The notes under the pieces: generated by a model | The model's input: the letters and a program-made list of their open reading frames with translations, nothing else | Told to the model about the DNA's origin: nothing | The model's database searches: none | From: an uncultured Nitrospiraceae bacterium | GTDB taxonomy: Bacteria > Nitrospirota > Nitrospiria > Nitrospirales > Nitrospiraceae | Length of the DNA: 64,000 bases | Direction: 5' to 3' | Assembly (NCBI GenBank): GCA_963846575.1 | Contig: CAWJWJ010000002.1 | Coordinates: forward strand, 2,176,001 to 2,240,000 | Shown: positions 38,485-48,871 of the stretch, one piece after another | Layout of the letters: every line of letters starts with the position of its first letter | Numbering within the stretch: the stretch's first letter is position 1 | Translations under genes and position numbers: made by a program

Positions 38485-39230
38485 CCTTTGACTCCGCCAC
38501 TTCTCGACTTCAGTCCGAGCAAATCCGAGCTTTGACGGATCCTTGTTATGGTATAACTCCTCCCCCACAGATTCTTTCGCACGAAGGAGTTCACCACCTT
38601 ACTCAATATCAGCTGACTCCTATTCATTAGGTCACTAGTTTTGACGCACCGACCATTCCGAATCACACTCACACTTGCCGCTATCCCTGCAGCCCACTCT
38701 CCTATCTACCGCATCAGAAGGTAGGCAGAGCGCCACCCTGTCCCTTGAGATGAAGTACTCAAATTTCGATTGAGCTTCAATGGCAAATCGCCAAACTCAG
38801 AGAGAAATGAGCAACGTTCCGAAATAACCCGTCACACACTGAACCTTATCCCGCCTTCAATAGGCCCGCCAGCGCATGATCGTGAAGGAACTTTGGCATC
38901 ATCGTGACCGCCCCTTTCAACCTCAAACCTAGAACTTCTCATTTCGTTAATGCCACATCAGGGGTTATTTCCTCTGAACACAGACAGTGAGCGCTATTAA
39001 TCGGCCTTGCCCGTCAAGGTCGTCAATGAGGGTGACACAGGACCCGAACGGTCCCTGACTCTTGACGCTCTACCGCAAGGAGAGTTTGATCGCTCATTGG
39101 TCCCATTTTGTTATTGCAGATTCTGCTCAAGTCATCAAAACCTGCAGTATAATCGTGCGTTCGCCCATCAGGTCAAAATCGCTATCCACGGTTCACATGA
39201 CCACGTACCCCTCGCAAAAGAATAGCCACC

Positions 39231-40373
39231 TCAGTCCCTTGCAACCGATCCATCGATGAACTCCATGAATGCTCTCTTGTTCTCGGCAGGTGTGGTGGTT
39301 GGCCGGCCCAGGTCTTTTCTTGCCCCGCAGTGAACGCGCACTTCTAGTAGACCAGGTCCATCAGAGGCCTTTAGAGACAACAACGCCGGACGAAGCTCCT
39401 CACTAGTCTGGACTCGAGCGGCAAACACGTAGCCAGAAGCACGGGCAAGACCAAGAATATCCACGAATAGCCCTGCCGTCGGTTGCCCGCCAACTGAGTC
39501 GTGAGCTCCATTATTCAGGATGATGTGTTTTAGATTACCCGGCTTGAGGGATCCATTAATGGACAATGCGCCCATGTGCATCAAGAGAGCGCCGTCCCCG
39601 TCAAGACAGTACACGCTCCGCTGCGGATCGTGTAGAGCAATACCCAGTGCGATTTGAGAAGCGTGTCCCATCCCTCCCACAGTTAGAAAATCTCGTTGAT
39701 GGCCTTCACCCTTTTTATCACGACATTCGTACACTTCTCGGGAACACATGCCTGTGGTGGAGACGACCACGTCGCTTGCGTCGAGAGTATCTATCACCTT
39801 ATGGATCGCCTCTTCTCGGGAAAGCTTGAATTCCGATTGTCCTGGCCTCGCAATCTTAAAAGACTTGAAGGTTCCTTTCTTGACTACGAGCGCATAAGGC
39901 GCACTAGCCTTTCGAACGTAGCCAAGAGCGTCAGCCAGAATGGGATCCACATGATCCACATCCGGCCCGATAATGGAATAGGGAACTTCCATTGCCTCCA
40001 GCATGGGAAGCATTACCCGCCCCTGCTTCTTGTGTTGCGGCTCATCATGGACGCCTGGTTCACCTCGCCAACCGATAACCAGCAGCATGGGAATGCCGTA
40101 CACCTCGCTATCAGCTAAAGACAACAAGGGATTAACAACGTTGCCTAAACCGGAGTTTTGCATGTAGACCAAAGGGGTCTTGCCTGTCGCCAAGTGGTAA
40201 CCGAGCGCCAACGATACGGCGCCCCCTTCGTTGGCAGCGACGATGTGTTGATCAGCGCGAGAAAGACTCTCCAAGCAGCTACAAAAATCCTTCAGAAGTG
40301 AATCCGGCACACCGGCATAAAAATCAACTGCATTTGCCTGGAGACTTGTGAGGAATTCCTCTGGATCAATCAT
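39231..40373 (-). CDS. aepY: phosphonopyruvate decarboxylase (ThDP-dependent)
   Basis: GVPDSLLK, AANEGGA, YMQNSGLGN.VNPL, GWRGEPG..DEPQH.KQG, DGDGALLMH, NNGAHDSVGGQ; adjacent to PEP mutase. Confidence 0.95.
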   Translation of the reverse strand: MIDPEEFLTSLQANAVDFYAGVPDSLLKDFCSCLESLSRADQHIVAANEGGAVSLALGYHLATGKTPLVYMQNSGLGNVVNPLLSLADSEVYGIPMLLVIGWRGEPGVHDEPQHKKQGRVMLPMLEAMEVPYSIIGPDVDHVDPILADALGYVRKASAPYALVVKKGTFKSFKIARPGQSEFKLSREEAIHKVIDTLDASDVVVSTTGMCSREVYECRDKKGEGHQRDFLTVGGMGHASQIALGIALHDPQRSVYCLDGDGALLMHMGALSINGSLKPGNLKHIILNNGAHDSVGGQPTAGLFVDILGLARASGYVFAARVQTSEELRPALLSLKASDGPGLLEVRVHCGARKDLGRPTTTPAENKRAFMEFIDGSVARD

Positions 40374-40480
40374 GCGGTGGTAACTCCGAAATATGTAGGT
40401 TGGCTGTGGGCGAGAACTATCAACGTCAAAACCGATTCACCATCTAACAAGCACTCTCCATCCCTGTTCCAAGGGGAGCC

Positions 40481-42115
40481 TCAAAAGTTTCCTGCTTGAA
40501 TGACATCCTCAAGGCTATTGATGTCCAGCCAATGCCCGACTGTATAGAGGACTCGCACGGGCTGTTGCCGCTTCAGCAATTCTTGGAGTAACTGTGGAAC
40601 GCCGGCTTGCCGATTCATCGGATCGGCCAGCATCTCCCCAAGAATCTCCTGAATTTGGCTGGTCGCGCTGGAAGAAAGCTTAAGAAAACCCATCCACACT
40701 CCGTGAATGGTTTCGCCTGAAACATTCTTCCCCAATTGCTTGAGGTAGACCTTCGCATTGAAGGCCTTCCGCGTATTCTGAACGGTACATTCGACAAATC
40801 CGTCAAGACGGGCATAGCTGGTACGCTCCTGCCAGTTGCTATCCACGAAAACTACACAATCATCTTGTTCCTGACATAACGTCTGTGGAATATATTTATT
40901 AAATAAGACATCGCCATACGAAATAATCGTTGGCTGAACGGGTCCCTTTCGAGATTGCAGCGCCTTCAAGAGGGAATACAGCTCACCGGTTTCCGAAAAT
41001 TCATCATTGTCGACGTAGGTCAGGTTGGGAAGATCGACCGACTCTTTCCTATACCCTCGAACGACGAGAACATCTTTGATTCCGACCGCATGGTAGGCGT
41101 CCACTATGTGACTCAGAATCGGAGCGCCTTGAATTTTAACCATGGTCTTCGGTTGTGCTTCTGTGAGTTCGCCCAGTTCCTCGCCTCGAGAGGCGGCAAG
41201 AACCACTGCTGAGGTGCCCTCCGCGCCGCGAGGCAAGTAGCGTTCCTCCGCCTCCATCAATTCCGCTGCGTTCTGCAGTCGAAATATTTCAGAAACTGGG
41301 ACCACTTTGTCTTCAATTGAGAGCAAATGTTCGCTCTCCTTGAGAGCTCGTGCGGTTTTCTGCATTGCGGCCACAGCTGCTCGCAACATGTGGTTGGCCC
41401 ATATCACCATTGAAAACCCGTGTTGGCGGAACACATCAGTTGGAGTGGAATAATACTTAGTTGGCACGATCACGACCGGGCATCGATCCGCCCACTCGCG
41501 CTTAAATGCGAGGATTTCATCAGGAACGGAGAGTGCACTGTGAATGAGAATGCCGTCCGCGCCGGCTTCATAATAGGCCTCGGCCCGACGTAGCGCCTCC
41601 GCCAGACCCCAGCCGCAGATAAACGCCTCGATTCGGGCAATAATGCTGAAGTCAGGGTCGGTTTGCGCATCTTTGCCGGCCTTAATTTTTCCACAGAATT
41701 CATGCATATCCGCGAGAGGCTGGGCATCTCCTTTGAGAAAACTATTTGTCTTCGGGAACAATTTGTCCTCAATGCAAACCGCCGCGATGTTGCGTTGCTC
41801 AAGTTTCCTGATCAACCGCTGCATGTTATTGAAATTGCCATATCCGGTATCTCCATCGAGAAGAATCGGGATTTTGGTGGCGTCGGACATGAACTCGAGA
41901 TCCTCCAACACCTGAGTCCAGCTCGCCTCGTTGTTGTCACGGACACCAAACTGGGCTGAGATAGAGAGACCGCTGGCCCAAATGCCGCGGAACCCTGCCT
42001 CTTGGACAATTTTGGCGCTGAGGCCATTGTGCGCCTCACAAATGAATTCCAGCTGCTCCGACAGAAGGAGCTCTCTGAACTCACGGGCCTTGCTCGGCAC
42101 TAATCTCGAATTCAT
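40481..42115 (-). CDS. pepM: phosphoenolpyruvate mutase with C-terminal nucleotidyltransferase domain
   Basis: Diagnostic EDKX5NS ([10 protein letters not shown]), [17 protein letters not shown]-terminal LAASRG...PKTM, YGDVLF, WLDIN. Start placed at ATG 42115. Confidence 0.96.
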   Translation of the reverse strand: MNSRLVPSKAREFRELLLSEQLEFICEAHNGLSAKIVQEAGFRGIWASGLSISAQFGVRDNNEASWTQVLEDLEFMSDATKIPILLDGDTGYGNFNNMQRLIRKLEQRNIAAVCIEDKLFPKTNSFLKGDAQPLADMHEFCGKIKAGKDAQTDPDFSIIARIEAFICGWGLAEALRRAEAYYEAGADGILIHSALSVPDEILAFKREWADRCPVVIVPTKYYSTPTDVFRQHGFSMVIWANHMLRAAVAAMQKTARALKESEHLLSIEDKVVPVSEIFRLQNAAELMEAEERYLPRGAEGTSAVVLAASRGEELGELTEAQPKTMVKIQGAPILSHIVDAYHAVGIKDVLVVRGYRKESVDLPNLTYVDNDEFSETGELYSLLKALQSRKGPVQPTIISYGDVLFNKYIPQTLCQEQDDCVVFVDSNWQERTSYARLDGFVECTVQNTRKAFNAKVYLKQLGKNVSGETIHGVWMGFLKLSSSATSQIQEILGEMLADPMNRQAGVPQLLQELLKRQQPVRVLYTVGHWLDINSLEDVIQAGNF

Positions 42116-42668
42116 TGGTAGAGGAACCTTTCCTGGAAAGATTTCGCGCTGTGTTGAAGGTCTAATTCCCTTGTAGTTGAGCCTGCTGCACAGTTCCCAT
42201 CCTGCCTCTTGGCTGGACACTGGTTTAGTGACGAGAGATGCTATCCGAGCGACAGGCTCGACTCTCCATCATCGCCGGCTACTGGTGGTTGACTTGAGAG
42301 TTGCCAACCATATCAGGTGACGCCAGAACTTCGCTAGAGCGCGCCCATCCGATGCCCCAGAACCATTTCTTCCGAGCAGAGCTGCCAGGGTGGGTTATAC
42401 CTCCCGAGAGTCGGAGATCAGAGCGACGCGTCGTCGAGAGTTCTGTCTGGACTGCTACAGTGGGAAAAAACTGCCCCCATATACCTGATCTGTGATGCCG
42501 TGGGACGCTGAGCCCATATCTATGAATTCCCGCTAACCCGAGAGCAGTTCATCGGCCTGCTCACCCACCTCCGTATCTTATTCCGCACAGTGCTATATTT
42601 TTGAGACATCCTCCTGTGGTTGGATTCCAAGTATTGACATGATTTCATCATGTTACAAAGTGCCACCT

Positions 42669-42684
42669 GGGCCCGAGATTTGCT
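42669..42684 (+). promoter_or_regulatory. candidate sigma-54 promoter of the lipoprotein gene
   Basis: GGGCCCGAGATTTGCT (GG-N10-GC with TTGCT), about 46 bp before ATG 42731; AT-rich inverted repeat ACATGA-N5-TCATGT at 42637-42653 just upstream. Confidence 0.55.
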
Positions 42685-42730
42685 CACTACCAAACTGTCT
42701 TTCAAATGGGACAGTGGAGCACCTCGGCCT

Positions 42731-43228
42731 ATGGACGTCATAGAAGAAGTAAAAGCTAGCCTATTGGCCCTTGTGTTGATGGGCATGACTGCCGCGGGAT
42801 GCCAATCCGGTCCTGCCGACACCTCTGCTCGTTACGACAACGCGATGTTTATGGATGTATGGAGTACCTATAATCGGTGCCTGTCGACTGAGGGACTTGA
42901 GTCGGCCGCAGTCGACTCGACCAAGCTGCAAGAGGTCAGCCGGATCCAAGCGAAGCGGCCGCGGATAAATATCCATCTCCCCGCCCCCTTTAAGAACCTA
43001 ATCAGTGAACCCTCTCCCAGACAAGCGGTGGATATTCACGCAATGGCGGCATCGTGCAGTCTTCACGCTGGCACACTCGCATTGTCAGCGGGAGAACATG
43101 ACCTCGCACGGTTCCAGTTTAAACAGATTTTGGATAACCCTAATCAGTCCGACTATTCCTTTTATGCGGCGCAAGCGCGGGTGCGACTAGCGTATCTCGA
43201 GCGGACGCTCCAAGCTGCTGTCCGCTGA
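42731..43228 (+). CDS. hypothetical lipoprotein
   Basis: Hydrophobic signal with lipobox AAGC; helical TPR-like C-terminus; GGAG RBS. Confidence 0.7.
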   Translation: MDVIEEVKASLLALVLMGMTAAGCQSGPADTSARYDNAMFMDVWSTYNRCLSTEGLESAAVDSTKLQEVSRIQAKRPRINIHLPAPFKNLISEPSPRQAVDIHAMAASCSLHAGTLALSAGEHDLARFQFKQILDNPNQSDYSFYAAQARVRLAYLERTLQAAVR

Positions 43229-43265
43229 GACAACCTGCTTCCGCCAGCAGGCCTACCGTCCAATC

Positions 43266-44792
43266 CTAACGCGAACTGTCTGAACCTGTGGGAAGCATCT
43301 TCTCGAACAGCTCGACATAATTTTCGGCTGACCGAGTCCATGACAGATTCTGCTCCATGCCCGCCTTGACGATGCGGTGCCAGTCGCCCTTTTTCTTATA
43401 GACCGACAATGCCAGGAGTACACAGGTCAAGAGCGAGGTGGCGTTAGTGTCGGTAAAACTAAATCCGGTGACACGCGAGGCCTTCAGACTGCGGGGAGTG
43501 TAATTCACCACAGTATCAGCTAAACCTCCAGTTTTCCTCACAATGGGAACGGTTCCATACCGAAGGCTATACAACTGGCTGAGCCCGCACGGCTCATAGC
43601 GAGACGGCATGATAAACAGATCCGCGCCCGCTTCGATTCGATGAGCCAATCCTTCGTCGAACACATTCCTAAACGCCACTCTGCCGGGATGGCATGCCGC
43701 GAACTGCCGCACTTGTTGTTCATACTGGACTTCCCCCATCCCCAGAAAGGCTACCTGGGCATCGAGTTCCATCAGTTCCGGCATCACTTCGAGAACCAGG
43801 TCAATCCCTTTCTGACTCGTCAGACGAGCAATGACTCCAAGAAGTGGGACCTTCTGCTGATTAAGCCCTAACTCCCGCTGAAGCGCGCTTTTACAGCGTG
43901 CCTTCCCCGACATATCAGACAGTGAATAGTGCGCAGGGAGATACGAATCCTGAGCAGGATTCCAGGTCTCCGCATCGATGCCATTTACGATGCCGTGAAG
44001 AACATGTTTACGCGCACGGATGACCCCATCGAGGCCACATCCAAATTCGGCAGTCTGAATCTCTTGACTGTACGTCGGGCTAACAGTGGTGAGCAGATCC
44101 GCAAAGACCAAGCCCCCCTTTAGTAAATTGACCGCGCCATAAAACTCGAGCGCGGCAGGCGCGAACAGTTGCGGGGACAACCCGGTCAGAACAAACTGCT
44201 CGGCCGGGAATATTCCTTGATACCCCAGATTATGAATGGTCAAGACGCTACGAGTGTCATGAAAGGGGGCCTGCTCTTGATAGATTGATCGTAGATACAC
44301 TGCACAGAGGGCGCTTTGCCAATCATGGAGATGCAGAATATTCGCCGGCCATGTGTCCTTCTCGCCGAAATACACCATTAGTTCCATGACTGCGCGGGAA
44401 AAAAAGGCGAACCGGTCGAAGTTGTCCGGGTAATCGACGCCGGCCTCCTGGTAGAGCCCTGGACGGTCGAAGTACTGATCATGGCGAATAACAAACACAC
44501 GCAGCCGTCCCCGGCCCATCGGCTGTGAAGGCGGGGCGATTTCCTGGATCCGGGCCTCGATCAGACCATGACTCGTAGGAACCGACAACCGAGCATAGTC
44601 CGTCATCTCGTAGGCACGTGAAAGGACTTCTCGATAGCACGGCAGCAGCACGCGCACATCATGGCCCGACTTGGCAAACTCGATCGCCAGCGCCCCAACG
44701 ACATCAGCAAGTCCTCCCGTTTTGGCATAGGGCACGACCTCGGAGGACACCATGCAAATGTTGAGGGAACGATGATCTTGATCTGCGTTCAT
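43266..44792 (-). CDS. glgA: glycogen synthase
   Basis: SEVVPYAKTGGLADV, HLHDWQ, TIHNLGYQG, GIVNGID, PSRYEPCGLSQL, KTGGLADTV. Confidence 0.96.
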   Translation of the reverse strand: MNADQDHRSLNICMVSSEVVPYAKTGGLADVVGALAIEFAKSGHDVRVLLPCYREVLSRAYEMTDYARLSVPTSHGLIEARIQEIAPPSQPMGRGRLRVFVIRHDQYFDRPGLYQEAGVDYPDNFDRFAFFSRAVMELMVYFGEKDTWPANILHLHDWQSALCAVYLRSIYQEQAPFHDTRSVLTIHNLGYQGIFPAEQFVLTGLSPQLFAPAALEFYGAVNLLKGGLVFADLLTTVSPTYSQEIQTAEFGCGLDGVIRARKHVLHGIVNGIDAETWNPAQDSYLPAHYSLSDMSGKARCKSALQRELGLNQQKVPLLGVIARLTSQKGIDLVLEVMPELMELDAQVAFLGMGEVQYEQQVRQFAACHPGRVAFRNVFDEGLAHRIEAGADLFIMPSRYEPCGLSQLYSLRYGTVPIVRKTGGLADTVVNYTPRSLKASRVTGFSFTDTNATSLLTCVLLALSVYKKKGDWHRIVKAGMEQNLSWTRSAENYVELFEKMLPTGSDSSR

Positions 44793-44809
44793 AGGGAGGA
44801 AAGCATCGG

Positions 44810-45271
44810 CTACTTCAGGGTTGGCGACGATTCCAGGCGTGTCTTGAATTGCGATTCGTATTTCCATGTCTTACCGACGGCATGGACCTTCTCAGCCGGC
44901 ATGGCCTCCTGGTACACCAGCCTGTCATCGAGAAATACGAGATACTGTCCCTGATCGGCATACGCAAGAAACAAGGCGTCCCCTGCAGCGAGCCCCGTTT
45001 CCCACCCTTGCGGCGATTCGCCCAGAGCCATTCGTGCCTGGGGTATCAGCCGTCCATCCTGCATCCCAAAGAAGTGGGTAAATTGTTGATGCATATAGGT
45101 CGGCGTCCCCCATGTTTCGGCAAAGGCTCTCGGAGTCAGCTGCTGAATCCTGAAGTCAGCGGTTTGCACCAGGCGTTTCTGTTGCTCTAACGATGGCAAT
45201 CCGGAGCAGGCCGCAAACAGAGCCCCGATCACAAGCCACCATTCCGCACCTCGATATCGGTATGACCTCAT
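44810..45271 (-). CDS. hypothetical lipoprotein
   Basis: Lipobox FAAC; ATG 45271 has a GAGGGGAG RBS; fills the gap in the operon. Confidence 0.7.
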   Translation of the reverse strand: MRSYRYRGAEWWLVIGALFAACSGLPSLEQQKRLVQTADFRIQQLTPRAFAETWGTPTYMHQQFTHFFGMQDGRLIPQARMALGESPQGWETGLAAGDALFLAYADQGQYLVFLDDRLVYQEAMPAEKVHAVGKTWKYESQFKTRLESSPTLK

Positions 45272-45321
45272 CGGCTGACGCTCCCCTCTCCCGCGGTCGG
45301 CCCGCGTGCCGGCAATAGCGG

Positions 45322-45678
45322 TCACAGTAAGCGTCTGGACTTAGACTCCACCGGCTTCACGGGCTGACACACATCGCACTGGCACATGCGCCGTAAAAAC
45401 GCATAGGAATACAGGCCGGTGTCATGCCCGTCACTCCAAGTAAACTGAAATGCGTATCGCCCGACCGGCTGGATATCCTGCAGCATGATCACAATGGGCA
45501 CATCATCAGGTTTCAACCGCAACTCGCCGGTCCATTCATCGGTACAAGCCGCGCACGGGCAATGCTGCCGAAGGTACCGGACCGGATAGATAGCTTTATG
45601 ACCATCGCTCCAGGTGATACTCAATACGCCCTTCTCGAGCCACTCCATATCGGTGGGTTCGAGCACGGTATCATTCAT
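45322..45678 (-). CDS. DUF971 (gamma-butyrobetaine hydroxylase N-terminal-like) protein
   Basis: ITWSDGH, LRQHCPCAAC, VGRYAFQFTWSDGHDTGLYS. Confidence 0.9.
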   Translation of the reverse strand: MNDTVLEPTDMEWLEKGVLSITWSDGHKAIYPVRYLRQHCPCAACTDEWTGELRLKPDDVPIVIMLQDIQPVGRYAFQFTWSDGHDTGLYSYAFLRRMCQCDVCQPVKPVESKSRRLL

Positions 45679-46492
45679 AATTCCCCGCTTCCTCACTGGC
45701 ACCGGAACGCCCGGTTGCCTTGATCGTCACAGCACTAGGGAGACTTCCACTGCTCAAAAAGTCCACCGGCGGCAGCCGCCGCCCCGCCACCACCGTGACA
45801 TAACTCTCAATAGCCAACTCAACCTCAGCCCGCACTTGACCGGCCGCGTGTAACCGGCTCAAGAGTGCCGGCTGCATATGCAACGCTTGATGGAGAAACG
45901 CGACGCTTCCCCGGGACAAGGCTGTGCAACGAAACGGTTGCCGGCTCGCACACCGGTCGCAGACCATGCCCCCGGCGATGGGTGAAAAGTGGGGTAAGGG
46001 GCTTCGATTGACCTGGCCGCAGGTCGCACACTGTTCGGTTTGCGGTCGAAAGCCGGTGATGCCCAAGAGGCGAATCTGAAACAACAAGGTCGTCCACGCC
46101 GCATCACGACTCTCCAACAATGCACGCAATCCCGATTCCAGCAGCTCGAAGACCTGCGGTTCCGCGTCGCCATCCGCCATCACTGCACTCACTAGGTTCA
46201 CCATCCGCCCCGCGGCAGCCATGAGTGTCAGGTCGCTGCGAAATTTGGCGAAAGACTCCACCTGCGCAACCTGCGAGATCCGATACAATGAGTCGCCGGC
46301 CTTCTCAAACAGATCCAGATGACACAGGGTCAGCGGTTCGATCATCCCGCCCAACCGGCTCTTCAACCGCCGCGCGCCACGCGCCACTCCACGCAATTTT
46401 CCCAAGCGCATCGTGTAGAACGTGACGATACGATCGGCATCGCCCCATTTTCGACTATGCAGCACAATGGCGGCGGTCTTCACCAGCGGCAT
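45671..46492 (-). CDS. recO: DNA repair protein RecO
   Basis: AIVL...WGDADRIVTFYT..GKLRGVARGARR.KSR, zinc finger CATC...CDRC. Confidence 0.95.
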   Translation of the reverse strand: MPLVKTAAIVLHSRKWGDADRIVTFYTMRLGKLRGVARGARRLKSRLGGMIEPLTLCHLDLFEKAGDSLYRISQVAQVESFAKFRSDLTLMAAAGRMVNLVSAVMADGDAEPQVFELLESGLRALLESRDAAWTTLLFQIRLLGITGFRPQTEQCATCGQVNRSPLPHFSPIAGGMVCDRCASRQPFRCTALSRGSVAFLHQALHMQPALLSRLHAAGQVRAEVELAIESYVTVVAGRRLPPVDFLSSGSLPSAVTIKATGRSGASEEAGNYE

Positions 46493-46542
46493 CTCAGCAC
46501 CCACCGTCGAGAAGTACCTCGGAAAGAGGTCGCTCCGCAACT

Positions 46543-47934
46543 CTACCGAATTTGTTCAAGGAAGACCGTCGCCAGCGTGAGGTAAATCGCAATGCCGGTG
46601 ATGTCATTGGCCGTCGTCACAAATGGGCCCGCAGCGACTGCGGGATCCACACCCATACGTTTCAAGACGATCGGCATGACCGTAGCCATGCTGGTGGACA
46701 CGAGAAAAGCTGTAATGAGTGAGACCCCCACGACCATGCCGAGAAATACTTGGTGCCACAACCAGCCCACCACGGTCAGGATCAGGCTACAGACAATGCC
46801 CATCAGAAATGCAATTTTGGCTTCCCGAAAGAAGATCGTCCAGACGTCCGTGAGTTCCACGAGACCCGTGGCAAGTCCACGAATGATGAGCGTGGACGAT
46901 TGCAGCCCGACGTTGCCCCCCATGGCGGCAATCACAGGGATGAAACTGACGATGGCTACCACTTCCTGAATCGTGTACCGGAACATCCACAACAGCATGC
47001 CGGACAAGAGACTTCCGACGAGATTCGTGAACAACCAGGGAAGCCGGACCCGCGCCGCGACCACGCTGGATGACTTGAACATCGAATCTTCTTCGATGGC
47101 CCCGGCCATTTTCAACATGTCCTCGGTGGCTTCCTCCCGAATGACATCCACGACGTCGTCCACGGTAATGATGCCGACGAGCTTCCCGTCTTTCTCGACC
47201 ACCGGAATAGCCAGGAGATTGTAACTCGCGACCTGGCGCGACACTTCCTCCTGATCCATGTCCACAGCCACACTGATCAGATCGCGCGTCATAATGTTCT
47301 TGAGGGGAGTCGCTGGGGGAACCGTCAATAACTGACGCAGGGACAACACGCCGACCAGCCGATCTTCCTTGTCCGTCACATAAATATAGAAGACCATTTC
47401 GGCATCGGTGGCCTGTTGCAAGCGGCGTATGGCCTCCTGTGCGGTGGCGTCCTCGGAGAGGGCGAAAAACTCAGTCGTCATGATGCCGCCGGCCGTGCCT
47501 TTTGGATACTTCAGGAGGTCGGCAATCTCAGTGGAATCCTCCGTCCGCATCAACGCCAGAATCTCCTTCGCGCGATCGGTCGGAATCACACTTAAGATAT
47601 AGGCGATATCGTCAGACCCAAGGTCCTTTAATAACCAGGCGGCATCAGAGGGGAGCATATCCGACAGCACCAGGGCAATGCTGTCGCCGTTCAACTCGCT
47701 GAGCACCTGCCCGCGCTTGACATCCCCGCGCACCAATTCGAAGATCTCGCGTTTCTCTTTCAGGGATGAAAGGTGGTCGATCACATTGGCGATATCCGCG
47801 GGATGCATGCGCGCCAACATTTTGGCCAAGTTGGTGATCGCGCCGCGGCGCAAGAGACGCTGAATGGAGACCAACCGCACGTCGGATTTAGCCTGGCCGT
47901 TGGCCGAAGCCTCGCGAGACACATCTTTCCCCAT
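46543..47934 (-). CDS. mgtE: magnesium transporter MgtE
   Basis: MHPADIA, TAGGIMTTEF, CBS pair, RLPWL, MGGNVGLQS, DPAVAAGPFVTTAND. Confidence 0.96.
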   Translation of the reverse strand: MGKDVSREASANGQAKSDVRLVSIQRLLRRGAITNLAKMLARMHPADIANVIDHLSSLKEKREIFELVRGDVKRGQVLSELNGDSIALVLSDMLPSDAAWLLKDLGSDDIAYILSVIPTDRAKEILALMRTEDSTEIADLLKYPKGTAGGIMTTEFFALSEDATAQEAIRRLQQATDAEMVFYIYVTDKEDRLVGVLSLRQLLTVPPATPLKNIMTRDLISVAVDMDQEEVSRQVASYNLLAIPVVEKDGKLVGIITVDDVVDVIREEATEDMLKMAGAIEEDSMFKSSSVVAARVRLPWLFTNLVGSLLSGMLLWMFRYTIQEVVAIVSFIPVIAAMGGNVGLQSSTLIIRGLATGLVELTDVWTIFFREAKIAFLMGIVCSLILTVVGWLWHQVFLGMVVGVSLITAFLVSTSMATVMPIVLKRMGVDPAVAAGPFVTTANDITGIAIYLTLATVFLEQIR

Positions 47935-47986
47935 CGGCTCCTTTTCAGGAAGTCGCGAAGACCCGGACGGTTGAATGGTAAGATCG

Positions 47987-48871
47987 TTAATAACCTAACT
48001 CCGCGAGGGTTTCCTCATCCTCTCGCCATGACTCTCGCACCTTCACCCACAGCTTCAAAAACACCTTCATGCCGAACAACCGTTCCATATCCTGGCGCGC
48101 CGCCGTGCCGACAATCTTGAGGCGCTCCCCATGCTTTCCGATGAGAATGCCTTTTTGCGATTCCTTTTCAACCAGCACAACCGCACCGATTTTGGTCAGT
48201 TTCTTGGTTTCCTGAAACTCCTCAATCTCCACGGCCACCGAATGGGGCACCTCTTCATAGGTTTGCTCCAGAATTTTTTCCCGAATCAATTCAGCCGCCA
48301 ATGTCCGCATGGATTGATCCGTAACCACGTCTTCGCTATAGGTACCCTCGCCTTCCGACAAATGCGAGACCGTTACCGTTAACAGGCGATCGACGTTGTC
48401 GGCCGTTTCCGCCGACACGGGAACCATTTCGGTCCAAGGGAAAATCCGCAAATACTGATCCATCAACGGGAGAATGCGGGACTTGTTGACCAGATCCACC
48501 TTATTGATCACCAAGAGCACGGGACGCGGCTGTTTGGCCACCGCCTGCCGGACATGATCAATCACCGCCAAATCGCCCGGACCCGGTTGCGATGTCGCCT
48601 CGACAACGACGTACAGCACATCCGCATCGTCAAAAGTATCCAGCGTCGTGCGCACCATGCGTCGGTTCAACAAGTGATGGGGCTCGTGAAAGCCGGGAGT
48701 GTCGAGAAACACGATTTGGGCTCCGTCGACATGTGCCACCCCTAGGATTCTCGTTCTCGTCGTCTGCGGCTTGTCCGAGACGATCGCAATCTTTTCCTTC
48801 AACAGCCGATTCAAGAGCGTCGATTTCCCGACGTTCGATCGCCCGATGATGGCCACGCTTCCAAACTTCAT
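47987..48871 (-). CDS. era: GTPase Era
   Basis: GRSNVGKST, KPQTTR, DTPG, NKVD, KH domain GILIGKHG, LWVKV. Confidence 0.97.
   Translation of the reverse strand: MKFGSVAIIGRSNVGKSTLLNRLLKEKIAIVSDKPQTTRTRILGVAHVDGAQIVFLDTPGFHEPHHLLNRRMVRTTLDTFDDADVLYVVVEATSQPGPGDLAVIDHVRQAVAKQPRPVLLVINKVDLVNKSRILPLMDQYLRIFPWTEMVPVSAETADNVDRLLTVTVSHLSEGEGTYSEDVVTDQSMRTLAAELIREKILEQTYEEVPHSVAVEIEEFQETKKLTKIGAVVLVEKESQKGILIGKHGERLKIVGTAARQDMERLFGMKVFLKLWVKVRESWREDEETLAELGY

Noticed and set aside
38821..38971. 10-bp inverted repeat GAAATAACCC / GGGTTATTTC
   Set aside because: Short, no target duplication or transposase remnant; compatible with chance.
42221..42620. Possible pseudogene upstream of pepM
   Set aside because: Short ORFs only; no family recognisable in any frame I translated.
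43229..43265. Hairpin CCTGCT-N6-AGCAGG between convergent genes as a terminator
   Set aside because: No U-tract on either strand; too weak to call.
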